Shown: positions 1-13,824 of the stretch, one piece after another | Layout of the letters: each line of letters opens with the position of its first letter | Numbering within the stretch: the first letter of the stretch is position 1 | Notes under the pieces: model-generated | Database searches by the model: none | Told to the model about the DNA's origin: nothing | What the model saw: the letters and a program-made list of their open reading frames with translations, nothing else | Made by a program: the position numbers and the translations under genes | Assembly: GCF_006345805.1 (NCBI RefSeq) | Contig: NC_043006.1 | Location: 90,396,001-90,460,000 of the forward strand | Length of the DNA stretch: 64,000 bases | From: Octopus sinensis | Lineage: Eukaryota | Direction: 5' to 3'

Positions 1-157
1 AAGTTCCTGGAGGCCATGGTCGAAGCCAATGGCGATTTTATTGAATAAATTTAGCGTTTAGTATTTCAAGTTATTTTTATGTAACTTTGGTAAATATATT
101 TGTTAAAATGAGATGTCCGTGCTACTTTCATTTTTGTGTAATTTAAACGTCACCCTG
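1..157 (+). mobile_element. 3' end of a Tc1/mariner DD37D (maT-like) transposon, running off the window start
   Basis: 1-48 translates KFLEAMVEANGDFIE*, matching the RLEAVxEAxGGxIE C-terminus of these transposases; ends in a TIR-like ...AATTTAAACGTCACCCTG followed by TA (158-159). Confidence 0.75.
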
Positions 158-1115
158 TAATTGCCAATAATTAAGTTACATAACTTTTCTGATTCATTAC
201 TTAATTGGCTCAGCCTCTTTGGCATCAGACAGCAAGCATTGCACCATCCATTCTGGCTTTCTATATTTCTGACTACAAATCTTTGTGTGCTCATTCTTTA
301 CCTCTTCAGAGCCAATGGATAAAGTACCAGTTTTGGACTAGGGTTGGTTCTCCTGTCTATCTGTTTCTCTCTAAGAAAAAGAAAAAGATATATATAGAGA
401 GAGATAGTTTCTGCTTGGTTTAAAAGTGTCCAAGACATGCTGTATGTCATGATGGCATCCCAGCAACCACATCATGACCTGAGAGGCCAAGAGGAGAAAG
501 AAGAGCTTCCTCATATGTAGATAATCTTTAAATTGCAATTAACTCAGATCTATTCCCCCACCCCACCACCGCCCACCATTCTGTTCCACTAACACTGTAA
601 AATCGACATATTTCTTAAATGAATAGATTTATTCTGATCTTTTTCATTGCTCCATTAGGATATAATTGAACTTAACAATTCCTATCTGTTTGCATCAGCC
701 TCTCTCTCTCTCTCTCTCCACCACCACCACCCCATCTTCCCTTCCTACTTATATTCATAATCATTTCAATTTGGGCTGGTAATTTTACACAGACTTCACT
801 TAGAGAAAGATGTCTGGTTATTTTAGCGCCATCTACAGTATCAGCTAAAGATTTTCAAAATCTAGAACGTAATTCTTTCGCCCCACTTTGAAGTTTTGTA
901 GAAGGAACTGGTACTCCAGCCTGAACTATATTCCTTCCATACTGACTGCTCTAGAAAAGAGAAAACTGATTGAATCTTGAAAATAGTAAGGTAGAGGAAT
1001 AATGCGTTTTCAGATTATTTGATTGTTTTAAGAGTTAGTCAAACTGCAATGTAGGAATTCTAATAATAATGATGATGTGAATACCAAATTTAAATCCTCA
1101 AATGCTGATTTCAAA

Positions 1116-1180
1116 CGACGACAACAACAACAACAACAATAATAATAATAATGATAATAATAATAATAATAATAACAATG
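1116..1180. repeat. (AAC)n/(AAT)n microsatellite
   Basis: Direct inspection; explains the poly-N/poly-Y ORFs at 1028-1314. Confidence 0.9.
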
Positions 1181-2365
1181 ATCATGAAACAAAATATCAA
1201 GTGTTACAAAATAACAAGAATAATCAAAAATATTCTGACAATCTAATTTGTATGATAAAAGGATTTCATATAAATTCAACAATGTTCAACTGCACTATTT
1301 TTCATTCAATATAGAATCCAGAAAATTGATCTATAAATATCTGTCTTGTGCTTGCCTCTGCTATCTCTCTCCTACAACCCCTTCCCTTTCTCTCTCTCTC
1401 TCTCTCTGCCACTCTATCACTTTCTCTTTATCTTTCTCTATGTATCTCACTTTCTACTTTCATCTTTCTTATCTCTGTATTCCCTTACTTTTCTTCGGCT
1501 CTAATGAAGTTAAATGAACTATTATAGTATCTCTGAATCTATTGTTAAAATGTATTATACTCAGAGATGTGTGTCCTATTTTTATTTTTGCTTATATGTA
1601 CATACGTACGTATGTATGTATGTACGTCTCACTCGTTATCTACAAGTTGAATATTTTCTATGGAAGTCAGGATATCAGGATATCTCAATAAATAGGTTAA
1701 ACTTAAAAGATGTTCTTTTTTTTTACTTTCTATCTCAATGTATATATATATATATATTTGCACATGATACATGCATATATACATGCACACATATGCACAT
1801 TCATTCATGCATGCATAAATATATATATACATTCACAAACACAGACACGCACACACATACTTGCCTTTCAGGGAAAAGTATTAGTGGGAATACATTTAAA
1901 AAAATGTTTTTAGGGGTTAAATTCATGTTATCTTTTCTAACAACTGAAAGCAATGGCAATTTTTTAAAGATAAATGTTTTATCATATCTTCAGTTTTGTG
2001 CTGTGATATTTATTTCATTTTTTTTCCTCTTGTTTTTGTTTTAATTTTTGTTCTTCTTCTGTGTTTTTCACTGGTTATTATTGATTCACTGTTTGTTGTT
2101 TTGTTAGAATCAATTATAGATTTTATTTCTATAGCCTTTTTTTGTTATTTTCAGTCTATTTTTTCTATTCTTTGTTTGTTCATTCTTTCTCTCTTTATTA
2201 TTTCAATGATAGCATAAAGATGTACATATTTGCATATGTCTCCATGTGTGTGTGTGAATATAGATAGATGTAGGTATAGCTCTGTGCTTAAGATGTTTGT
2301 TTGCTAACCACATGATTGTTAGCAGGTGTCTTCTACTATAGCCCCAGGCTGACTAAAGCCTATTA

Positions 2366-2419
<54 letters not shown>

Positions 2420-2920
2420 TGTTTGTGTATGTGTACATGAGTGTATTTGTTTGTTTGTGACTCCTTGTCTTGGTTTACTGTGAATGAATATCATTTATTT
2501 CTCATGTTGTGTGAAAGCAAGTCTGGTCACGGGGAGAGATTACTTTGCTTGGGAAAAGTTCTGAATGAGAGGTCTTGCATCATCCTTCTGGCTGAACCGA
2601 AGCTGATGAGACCCAGCTTGGTTGAGATCATGACACCCTGGTTGTTAGACTCACATCCTCTCTTGGAATTGTAGCCTAAAACTTATTTTAGAGCAAGCTG
2701 CAACCCTCAAACCATTCATGTCTTTTGCATCCCTTTTTATGTCCTTCTGCTATGGCACACACAATCATGTCACAATTATATATAAACACAACAGCAATTG
2801 ATTAGCAGAGCATAATTTTGTTTTTATTACTAACTCGGTTAATTTGTTTCTTTCTTTCTCTCCATCCCTCCTTCTTACAATATCAATTTATTCTTCTCTT
2901 CATTTAACCTGGTTTATTAG

Positions 2921-3019
2921 GATGAGCCTTATTGTGAGGCTCAGTATGAGGGGAAACATTTCCCATGCTCAGAGTCTATAAAGAAGGAGACCACCATTAC
3001 ATGCTCAGTGCTGTGTCAG
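2921..3019 (+). CDS. Candidate 99-nt internal coding exon (phase 0-0), DEPYCEAQYEGKHFPCSESIKKETTITCSVLCQ, product unknown
   Basis: Pyrimidine tract + TTAG acceptor, CAG|GTAATT donor, one open frame of 33 codons, no resemblance to the local repeats. Confidence 0.4.
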
Positions 3020-3139
3020 GTAATTTTATTCTTCACAACTTCCTTCTGTTGAATATTTGCAAAGGAGCAATAAAAGGTCCCTATATCTGTGTCCAACACA
3101 TTCAAGTGCTTGTGTATTTGATGGAACATATCATCACTG

Positions 3140-3330
3140 ACATCATCATGATTGTCATTATTTAAATCTGTTTTCCATGTAGTCAAGGGATAGATGGTTT
3201 GAGAAGGAGCTGGCAAGCTTGGAGAGCTGCACCAGGCTCCAATTGTCTGCTTTATGGTTTCTCTGGTTGGATGCCCTTCCTGATGCCAACCATTTACAGA
3301 GTGTACTGTGCTTTTATATGGCACCAGCAA
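3140..3330 (-). mobile_element. Degraded RTE LINE 3' end
   Basis: Similar to the RTE 3' terminus at 40737-40930 (gctgcaccaggctcc, ggatgcccttcctgatgccaacc). Confidence 0.7.
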
Positions 3331-4721
3331 GGGAACTTTCTACATGGGCCCAGCACAGGTGCTTCCTATGTGTTTGATTGTACATATTGTAATATTCCGG
3401 TGGAGAGTTAAGGATATATTTACTTGTGGCCCTTTGTGGGATTTGAAAACTGTTTCATTCTGATCTAACAGTGGGGTTTCAGTGTAACAACATGCTGGGT
3501 AATTTATTGACAAGTTTAGGGCTTTATTAAGGCTCCATGACACATCCTTCCAAAGCAGTGTTTGTCAAGGGGAAGCACATCCACCACCACCAGTGAGGTG
3601 CAGCAGTTTTTCTGAGGCGTTGGGTTACTTCTGACTGGGGTAACGATCATCAGTGGATAAATCACTTTTCAATCTAAATATATGCTATTTACTGATTTTC
3701 ATGGTGGGACATGTATCTTTGATGAAAATTTAAAACGGACTGTGAGATAAAAATGTCTGAACATATTTTTACAAAAAATTTTGTGTCTATGTGTGTATTC
3801 ATTTTATTTTTTTACGTGTGTTTGCATGTTTGGACATGTATTTATTTCTCTGTATATCGTTCATCTTTTACTTGTTTCACTCATTGGACTGTGTGACCAG
3901 GCTGGAGCACCACCTTCAAGGGTGTTGTTAAACAAATTATTCTAGCAGTATCTTTTGCTGAAATGTTTAGTTATCAGGATGTAAACAAACCATCCACACA
4001 CATATATACACCAAGCTTCTGCACAGTTTCCATATAGCAAATTCTTTCACAAAGCATTGGTCAGCCCGGAGCTGTAGAAGACAGTTGTCCAAGATGCTGT
4101 GCATTGAGATTGAACCCAAGACCATATGATTGCATGCAAACTTCTAAATCCTGTGTTTATTTGTTCACATTTTACTCATCTGTCCAGCATGGTTATCCAT
4201 TGGCCTTAGGATGTCCAGCCTGGTAGTGATGCCTGAACTGCAGATGCTAATAGAGAAAAACCCATTAAGGACCTGATGGGGGCAAGTGAAACTGAAGAAC
4301 AAACATCTTCAGTGAGTGACAAGAATAAAATAAGTGCTGGGAGGCTGGATTTTGTTTCAGTTGCTTTTGGTTTGGTATGGCATTTATTTGGATAACAAAT
4401 GGGAAATATGTAAAAAGAGCATGCTATGGCGTTGACCAAAAGGAATCCAGACATTTCCTGGTAGCATCAGTGTTGCTCAGCTTATTTAGTAGAAATGATG
4501 TTGAAGGAAGTTGTTGGAATTCTTGTGACTTCCAGTCGACAGTTGATGGAGCTGAATATCCCACAGTGCAACCTATTCATAAACTAACACTGCCATGGCT
4601 TTCAACAACAAAAGCAATTATTCTTGTTTCAACAAGATTAGCTGACCATAATCTCTTCCAACTTCAAAAATAAGTTAGGGGGAAAAAGTCAGTTACCCAC
4701 GTCTTTAAACAATGTGCAAAT

Positions 4722-5095
4722 ATCTTTTACTTGTTTCACTCATTGAACTGCAGCCTTGCTACAGTTCTGCCTTCGGTGGATGAAGCAAAGAAATCAATTC
4801 CGGTATTTATTTTCTGTCTGGTACTTATTCTGTTGCTCTCTTTTACCAAACTGTAAAGTTGCAGGGATGTTAACAAACCAGCACTGGTACTTAAGTATGG
4901 TGGAGGACAAACACACATACACGATGGGCTTCCACACAGTTTCTGTCTACCAAATTTACTCCCAAGGTGTCGATTAATGTGTGGGGGTGGTGGTATAGTA
5001 GAAAACCCTTGCCCAGAAGTCTTACACACTGGGACTGAAACTGAAACCATGTGCCTGCAAATCAAGCTTCTTAACCCCACGGCTGTGCTTGTAGC
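4722..5095 (-). mobile_element. SINE family A, degraded copy
   Basis: Colinear with the young copies at 29084 and 53321. Confidence 0.8.
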
Positions 5096-5444
5096 TCTGT
5101 ATGTGTAGAAGTTATTCGATTGTAGCCTGGCACAGAAATCAAGGGGTAAAAATGGGATGAAGATTTCAGAAATTGTCACAAAGTATGAAAATAAGAATTA
5201 TCAAGAATATAATATTTGGAAGAGTGTTATTTAATGAGATTTCATTGGCAGTCAAGTGAAAATGTTGAGCTTCTCTCTTAACGATTAATTTCTCAATGGC
5301 TAAACTGATTACCTGTTTAAATTGCTAAATATAGTCAAGATTTTGGAGTTGGGTTTAGTAAAATATAATTACATACTAATAAATCATGTTGGTGTTGTCC
5401 AATGGAAATTGCATTCTATAGTTCATGTTGTGAGATTTTGATGA

Positions 5445-6070
5445 AGCTGGTATTAATTGCAAGCATCAGATGTGGTATGCAAGAGAGACAACTGTGCTGG
5501 TATGGTTATGTGTTGTGTATGGATGAGGACAAATGTGTGAAAAAGTGTCACATGCTAACAGTGGAGGGAACCTGTGGAAGATGTAGACCCAAGAAGACCT
5601 GGGATGAGGTGGTGAAGCATGACCTTCAAACGTTGGGCCACATGGAGGTGATGGCAAGTGACCAACCTTTGGAGATATGCTGTGCTTGAGAAGACTTGGC
5701 AAACCAAGTGAGACCATAGCTGTGGCCTATACCAGTGCCGCATAACCGGCTCATTTAAGGGTACCTTTCAATCAATGGGCAGTAAACTGTGCTTGTGAAG
5801 ACCTCTCGAGTCAAGTGAAATCATTGTCATTGCCAATGCCAGTACCACCTGACTAGTACCCATGCCTGTGGCACATAAAAAGTATCATTTGAGTGTGGTC
5901 AATACCAGTCCCACCAGACAGGCCTCCATGCTGGTGGCATGTAAAAAACTGCCTGACTGGCTCCTGTGTTGGTGGTATGTAAAAAGCACCATTCAAGTGT
6001 AGTCATTGCCAGTGCTGCCCAACTGGCTTCCATGCCAGTGGCACATAGAAAGCACCATTTGAGCATGGTC
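5445..6070 (+). mobile_element. RTE LINE 3' fragment (ORF2 C-terminus plus sub-repeated 3' UTR)
   Basis: QERQLCWYGYVLCMDEDKCVKKCHMLTVEGTCGRCRPKKTWDEVVKHDL aligns with the RTE at 41199-41663. Confidence 0.9.
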
Positions 6071-6864
6071 TTTTAAAGCAGAATTGTATTAAATTATTGA
6101 CATTTTAAGGCTAAAATATGTACATAAAAGTAGTAAAATAATAAATGAAATGAGGAAAACTAACGATCAAGAGATGAAAGTTGAGAAACCTTTATATATT
6201 TCAGGCATAAAGACCATCTTTAGAAGAGGACAGTCAAAGAAATGTGACCTCATTTTAGTCTATGAGCACAGGCACTGGACTAAAATGAGGTCACTGCCCA
6301 TCCAGCTATCCAAATGACAGGATCTATGTAGACACACATTTTTTTTACTGTTCTTTTCTGAAGATGGGCCATTGCACCCAAAATATTAATGTTTTTTCAA
6401 ATTTCATCCCTGCATTGCTGGAAGCTTTCCTCATTTCAGTTATTCTTCTTCTGCATTACAATGCTTCAAGCAAACTACAATGTTCTCCTTTCATATACAG
6501 AGCATCTTTTTTTTTAAGTATTTATTTGTTCTAAAGTATGCAACAGTAAAGGCACCATTAACCTAAGGGAATCTAGCGACCTTGCCAGCTGTAATAGAAT
6601 ATCATTACCACTAATTCATTTATAGAATCACATATGGCTTAGCTAGAATGGTACCAGCTCTCTGACTGACCGACTTAGGCTTCTTGTTCCATCACTGTCA
6701 ACAGAAGAATCAGTGAGCAATTTCATCTAATTGTAGTTCATACCTGGCAGTTGCTTAATCCACAGGGATAACCAGTAATAACATAGTAACAGCAACAGTG
6801 AAGTCTTTAGATCTTATACAAAGCTGAGCTGAAAATCTTTGTGCTTACAGCTTTTGATCTTTTG

Positions 6865-7195
6865 ATCTTTTACGGGTTTCGGTCATTCGACTACAGCCAA
6901 CAGTGTGATGCCCTAGCAAATTGACTTCAGTAGTTAGTTTTTAAGGTGATACTTCTTCTATTAGCTTCTTTTACTGTACTGCTAAATCACAGGGATGTAA
7001 GCAAACCAGCAATGGTTATAAAACAGTAGGAGGCAAGCCAAAGACATATGAACATACAGTTTCCACCAACCATATTTACTCACAGGCAGTGGTTAGGCTG
7101 GGGCTATAGTAGAAGATGCCCCAATGTGCCACACTGTGGGACTGAACCCAAAACCAAATGATTGCAGTGTGAACTTCTTAAGCAGACAGCCATGC
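6865..7195 (-). mobile_element. SINE family A, degraded copy
   Basis: gggctatagtagaagatgccccaatgtgccacactgtgggactgaaccc core motif. Confidence 0.75.
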
Positions 7196-8072
7196 CCCCC
7201 CCTTACTCCTCGCACTTGTAGAGGTATTCTTCTGAAATCCACGAGATCGATCTTTCTTTAATGATTGCATCTGATTAAGATGTGAAGCAATTAATTCCAT
7301 TTATCATGTCATCCTCGTCATCAGTTGTTCGGTTCCTGTTCTTTTATGGTGGCCCATGTTGAATGGATTTCCTATTCTGCATATCACCACTCATTTTAAT
7401 CCTTTTTTGTTTAGGGATCTCATCTCTCAGGGTTGCTATGCTGTGTTCTGACTGATATGAAAATTTGGTTACCATTTCAATTCATTTCCTTTCAATTCAA
7501 TTCTATTTATTGTAATTGCATAATGGCACAATGAAAAGTCACTCTGGAGATAAAAATTGAATCGGAGAAGCCCTTTTCAAAGACAGAAACAGAATCCATC
7601 TGTTTTATTGTTTCTTTATTCTATATTTTTATTTCAGTGATGTATTTGCTTGAGAAAAAGAAAGTTTGTAATTAAATGATAAATGAAAATTTTCTTTTAG
7701 CGAGAACTCTGCATTTCTTTTTGCTTTTGTTTTTTTAGTCTTAAGTGAAAATTATCACATTGCTTCATTTAAAAATTAATTAGATAAATTACTTTGAATT
7801 GGAAGAATTATTTGATTTCATTAACAAATGGTTCCTGCATCTGTTTTGCAGCATCAGTGTTGATGCTGTTTGATCAGTGGGATCCTACTTACACGTTGCA
7901 TTGTTGTGTTGATGGTTGAATATTTCACTGATACTTGTATTGTTAACAGGATCCATTGCCACAAGTAGTATGGCAGGGTACAATAACACTATACATACAT
8001 GGACACACATACATAGATATATGCACACACACACACACATACATATATATACATGTATGTGTGTGTGTATGT

Positions 8073-8136
<64 letters not shown>

Positions 8137-8386
8137 TACACATAAGAAGGCAATGGACACACAAAAAAGATAACATGGGAGACAAATTTTAATGAGTGTT
8201 GTATTAGCTCAACACTTAAGTCAGGAAAGACCACTGACGTTTTGGACAAAACTCTTTCATCAGAAGAAAGATAGGAAAGAAAAGAAAAAATAAAAGAGAT
8301 AACTGAATGAGAAAAGGTGTTATATGTTTATGGCTGAGTCTAGCCAAGTGTAATTTTGAGTTTAAAATGGAAGGAAAGGTTTGTGA

Positions 8387-9965
8387 TACTAGCAGAACCT
8401 TCTCCCATTATAATTATTTTCTGTCTTAAGGATCTGGAATGGCGAAAGGAGAATCTCATGAGCAGAGGCAATTCAATAATCGTTTATTATGATTCCTGAT
8501 CTTGTGATGGCCTGTGATATCTTTGTTCACATGAGGTACATTACCTCTGGAGAATAACATACGTGGTAAGAGCGGGTTAGAGTCTGCTGTAGCTGCCTGC
8601 TTCATAGTGTCCCTCTGCGTAAGCGAGCTGGAGAAGACTAAGAAGTTGAACGTCTTTCACACCTGCTTAAGTAATGTGCTGGTGTATCTCAGACAGAAAT
8701 GGTCTAGTATAGAAAGACACCAGGGTAATGCTGTTAGTCTAATGATCAGCACTGTTGAAGCTTTTTCAGAAAACGTACACAGTTCCAGGCGAAAATGTAC
8801 CAAAATTCACAAAATATACAAAATATTTTTGAAATATGACGCAACCACAAAAATAGAGAAAAATACCAGTTTTCCTTAGAAATTTGAAATATATGGGTTT
8901 ATATGTCTTGAAATTGATGAAAGTCCATATAAAAAAGAAAGAATATTGAAATTTAAAATCTCTAAAACATACTATACAGTTGATGTTTTGGTAAAAACAT
9001 ACAAAACAGTACAAACTTACCAACTTCAGCAGCACTGCTAATGAGTCCTCCGGGTGATTTTTACACACGATTAATTTAAATACAAGGAAGTCAATTTGTA
9101 GACAAAACTTAGAAACCCCATTTGAGCATATAAACCTCAAGAAGAAAACAGCTTGAGTGAAAAAAGTGAAGCCACTTTAGGATAGCTTTTTCTAACACAT
9201 GACCGTTCAGTGGTGTGGTTGAAATTTCATTGGTTTGTAATAAAGACGCAGCAGCTGTATGTGGCCCGTAACAGTCATACGTATGCAAGCATGACTGCAC
9301 AGACAATGTTTTGCGATAGAGGGAAATAGACGGAGTGCAAAAAAATAAAAATAAGTAATGTAGGGAGAACGTACAAATACTGCAAAGCCAAAGATATTTA
9401 TGCTCGACAAAATTGCAATAGACTGAAGTCAATTTTTAGGCAGATGTGGCAAAACTGAATTTAAACACACTGGGTGAACAGAAATGAAAAATAACTGAAT
9501 TATTTTTCAGAGAGAATGTACAAAAACTGTAACAAAGGAGATTTTCATACACGACTAATATACATGGAAGTCAAATTGTAGAGAGAAGTTAGTGTGTGAG
9601 TGAGTTAAAGAGAGGGAGAGAGAGAGAGAGACATAGACTAAAAGAGAGGAACCATTGCAGAGGGTGAGAAAGAACTTGTGTCAGCAAGAGAAACTGAGAA
9701 TGAGAAAAAGAGAGAGAAGAAAGAAATAAACAGAGAGAGAAAAGGGAGAGAATCAGTTGAAAACTGCAGACATTTTTCGAGAAAAATTTGTGTAAAACAT
9801 TGGTTTTCCCAGTTTCTCCTTTTACACAGGAGCTCTGGGAAAAATATTATAGTGCATGACCAAGCTTGGTACATAAGTAATGGGTGTGTAAAGTTTGGTG
9901 AAAATCAGTTGAAAACTGTAGAAATGCAAACAACACACACAGACATCCTTTATTTTGTGTATATA
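8387..9965 (+). mobile_element. Possible non-autonomous Helitron/Helentron-like relic with internal sub-repeats
   Basis: Starts ACTAGCAG; ends aagtttggtgaaaatcagttg...cacacacagacatcc...tatatata, resembling invertebrate Helitron-derived 3' ends; internal repeats ggaagtcaa(t/a)ttgtaga (about 9087, 9566) and aatcagttgaaaactg (about 9752, 9903). Confidence 0.3.
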
Positions 9966-10594
9966 TATATATATATATATGATTATTATTATTATGTAAT
10001 ATATATATATACATATATATATATATGATGTATGTTTGGGATATGCGTGTTTGTTTCCCCCTTGTCCTGATACAAATGTTCTGATTATAAACAAAAGTTA
10101 ACAGTGTCATTTGTTTGCTGTCCTCCACAAAAACATGTCCAGCCATTGAGTTGATTGTTATTCAATGATGTGTGAGAAATGTTACTTTACTCTGAAATGA
10201 ATTTTGACAATAAGAAGAGCAACCATTCAGAGCGGCCTGTATATGGTTGCTAATCCTACTAGAAATAGCAGTCATATCTTTGCAAAATTGCACCCTTTAT
10301 TTGTAACAATAAATGGATATCCTGAATAATATCCTAGTCACACCTGATTGATTGGGTCACAGATTTAAGAGCTATGTCTGAAGGTCATCAAATTGGTTTA
10401 CAATGCCAGAAAAAGGATGACAAGTGATGAGGATTAATTGGCAATGCAGCCCCAGCATAGCGGCACCAACATAAACCATTTGTTGCTCTCCTGGAACTCA
10501 TACACAATATTGTTGTTATTTCTCTATAATGAAACATGTTCTATCAGTCTATAAGTATTACTTTAACAAAGCACTTCCAAAAAGAAATGGCTTC

Positions 10595-11000
10595 TAACTG
10601 CTGCTGCTGTGTTATTCTTCTTCTTCTTCTCCTTCTCCTTCTTCTTCTTCTTCCTTCTCCCCTCCTCCTCCTCCTCCACAACCGCAGCCGACACCACCAC
10701 CTCCTCCTCCTCCTCCTCCTTCTCATTCTCCTTCTCCTTTTTCTCCTCCTCCTCCTTCTCCTTCTCATTCTTCTTCTTCTTCTTCCTTTTCTCCTCCTCC
10801 TCCACTGCCGCCACCACCACCACCTCCTCCTCCTTCTCATTCTTCTTCTTCTTCTTCTTCTTCTTCTTTACATTCTTCTCCTCCATTCCTTCCCCTTGAC
10901 CTTCTTCTTTACCTTCTTCACCTCCTCCTCCCCTTCCACCACTTTCTTTACCTTCTCCCTCATCTCTCCTCCTTCTCCTCCTTCCCTGTTTCACTTAGAA
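10595..11000. repeat. About 400-bp polypyrimidine/polypurine cryptic (TTC/TCC)n tract
   Basis: Almost only C/T on the + strand; explains the poly-L/E/R/K ORFs at 10536-11024. Confidence 0.9.
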
Positions 11001-13779
11001 GAGGATTCTCATAGAACAATCTAATATGCAATTGGTTACACCCAGCTGTGCATTTCGTGACCTCAAAATCGTTCCATCTTTACAAGTCTTACCACGTTAG
11101 ACAAATCCTTTTTTCCAAACATTTTAGGAGTGTTTTTGCTATTGTTGTTGGTTAGGATCTTTTTTTGTTGTTTTGTTGGGGATGGTGGTGGTGTCTTTGT
11201 TAGTGCTATTTCTTTTGAAGTTATTGTTTCTTTTTTCTATTCTTTTTTCGGTTCCCTGCATTTTTCTTTTTTTAAATATGTGAATTAGTATTCTTTGTTC
11301 CTCAGCAAGCTTTCAATGAAGATGTTTATGCAAAAATAAAATCAGAAAACATTTTCCACTTTCCCAACTGAACCTATAGGAAGAAAGTAAACCAAAGAAA
11401 GAAACACTTTAGTGTTCCTTCCATTCCTGTCTCTCACCTTCTCATTCTCTACTTCAGACTCAATCATTTTCCTATTTAAGTCTCCCCACCCCACACACCA
11501 TATTCTTTTCTCATCTTCTTCATCATCATCGGTCCGCAGATTCTCTTTCCTTCTTCACTTTATTCTGACTCGTCTTTAACTCCACAGTCCTGCCTCAAAA
11601 CACAATAGCTATCAAGGAATCATTCAATTTGAACATTATACTCGTTAATCTATTCCAATTATCTCTACTTTAATCCCACCTTCTTCTCTCACAAAGGCCA
11701 ATAAAGATTATCAATGTTTCTCCTTATTCTATCCCCCCAGTTTTCATGTTTTGTCATCCTGTTTGAGTTGACTCAGGATTATAGCAATAAATATTAAAAC
11801 ACTCTCTCTGTATCATGTGAAGGTACTTGGTGTTGTGGTTAGGGTGTTGCTATCTGAATCACAAAATCAGGGTTTCCATTCCCGGATTGGTAGGTGTATT
11901 GTGTTCTTGAGCAATACACCTAATTTCACGTTACTCCACTGAGCTGGAAATGAGTAACCCTGCTGTGGACTGAGTCCCATTCAAAGGGGATGCTGTAATC
12001 TCTGTTATTTATACATCACGGAGCCTGGGCCGACAGCCTTGGAGTCCTAGCACTTATGACAGAACTTTCTATACCATCTTATGAAATCATTTTCTCTTAC
12101 TGCTTATGATTTCGGCCATAATCAAATCAATCATTTTACAATGAATATTTGCAGAGGTAAATTAATTGTTTTCTTTTTCTTTGTGCAATTGTATCTTTGT
12201 TGTGTATTTTAAGGATCAGTGTTCCACCAGAATTGGTCCTCATCACTTATAATCAAGCATCCAAGCGATGAAGATCGAAGTGTATGTTTCTGGTCAAGAG
12301 AATATTATTAATCTCAGGTGTAAGAACAATCTCTTCTGCGATCTACCTGGCTCTGCAGTAGATCTCCCTTAAATATGCACAGTCTGCTTTGAATGATTAT
12401 CAAGTTTGCTTCACATTGAGTCTCTGCTTCAATTTCACTGCATGGCACCTTCAACTAGTGCCATTCTTTGTAACTGTGGTCAACCCATGAGTGACATTGG
12501 GCGGGGGACATAAGCAAAGTAGAAGTCCATCTCATGAGTCAAAGGTCAAGCCTTGCCACTCGTTGTATCATGCTGACTCTACTTGAGAACTCCATTAAAG
12601 AGTCACATGTTCGTGGAATACTCAGCCACAAAGCTGATTCAAGAAGCAGCTTATCAAACAACTCGATGATGATCATCAAAACTGATGGAGATTCATTTTC
12701 AGTTCGATTTTCTTCTTTGAGCCTGGTTTTGGTTAGCTATCTGACTATTCCATAACTAGAAAGATTTTTAAATCTGCTCAAATTACAGATGTTTCTCTTA
12801 GCCACCAGTAAGCCTAGTTTTAGTAAACTAAATGAATCTGACATTACCAAAATGGCATTAAATCTCCTCAGATTTGATCAAATCACTGACATACATCTTC
12901 AAAACTAATGTAATCAGCTGTTTCACCTGTATAATTTATGAGGTAATGATCTTATGACACTTCCCAATCAACACTTTTTTATAGTAATTTACAATAATTT
13001 ACATTTGGTCTTCCTCTAAGAAGAAATTGTCACTTATCTGGTGTAGAATTGTTATCTTTGTACATCCTTATTTCTATCTAGTTGCACTATAAATACTATT
13101 GAATGGTAAGATTAACCTTTTTTCTCCTGACATAAAAGAAAAATTGAAAAAATTAAATTCAAAGAAAAGCTGATTAAAAAAAAATGAGAAACTGTACTGT
13201 GATAAATGCTAATGGGGAAAAACAAAATGAAAACATTGTGTCTAATTTCTAGGTAGGTCTGTAAACATTTTTTTTTTCAGACTTCTTCTCTGTGGTAGAA
13301 AATGATATTTCTGAGGAAACAAATAAATATATATGTAAAGAAATTAAAAAATAACTTTCAGAATTGTGGTCTGATGTTATTTATTCATTTATTTATGTAC
13401 AAATAGAAAAAAACAAAAATAGAATTTTCTTACTTTAGTATTGCTTAAATGATAAAAGATAAGCGATATAGCAGTTGGCTTAGTAACAGTATTCCAATGC
13501 ACGCATGCACACACACACACACGTGCATGTATGCACACAAACATATATGGGAAATATTTTGATTGCTAGATGATCATTGTCACTGAAGACTATTATTATT
13601 ATTATTATTATTTTTATTAACAATAATGGTATCTTATGCATTTTCATGTTAACTGAAACATGTTAGCCATCATATTCCCCTCCTATACAACCTGGTCTTT
13701 AGATAACATCTTTGCTGGGTTCAGTTGCATTATCTGAATGCCGTTATTTATCCTAGAACCATCTTCATTTGCCTTCCAT

Positions 13780-13824
<45 letters not shown>

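Noticed and set aside
1040-1314. Asn-rich ORF as a coding exon
   Set aside because: Driven by an AAC/AAT microsatellite, stops in the flanking frame, no convincing splice sites
3472-3498. 27-nt phase-0 exon WGFSVTTCW after the 2921 exon
   Set aside because: Splice signals plausible, but too short to distinguish from chance
8231-8268. Hammerhead-like CTGATGA motif on the minus strand
   Set aside because: GAAA box mutated and stem II broken; at most a dead PLE terminus
8440-8790. ORF 8607-8879 as a gene
   Set aside because: KLNVFHTCL resembles the post-RT region of RTE elements; probably an old LINE remnant
10536-11024. Poly-Leu/Glu/Arg ORFs
   Set aside because: Artefact of the stop-free polypyrimidine tract
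12214-12755. Exon-like acceptor and ORF 12534-12755
   Set aside because: All frames have stops; HWAGDISKVEVH resembles the RTE motif RWAGHISRMEDH, so likely a decayed LINE
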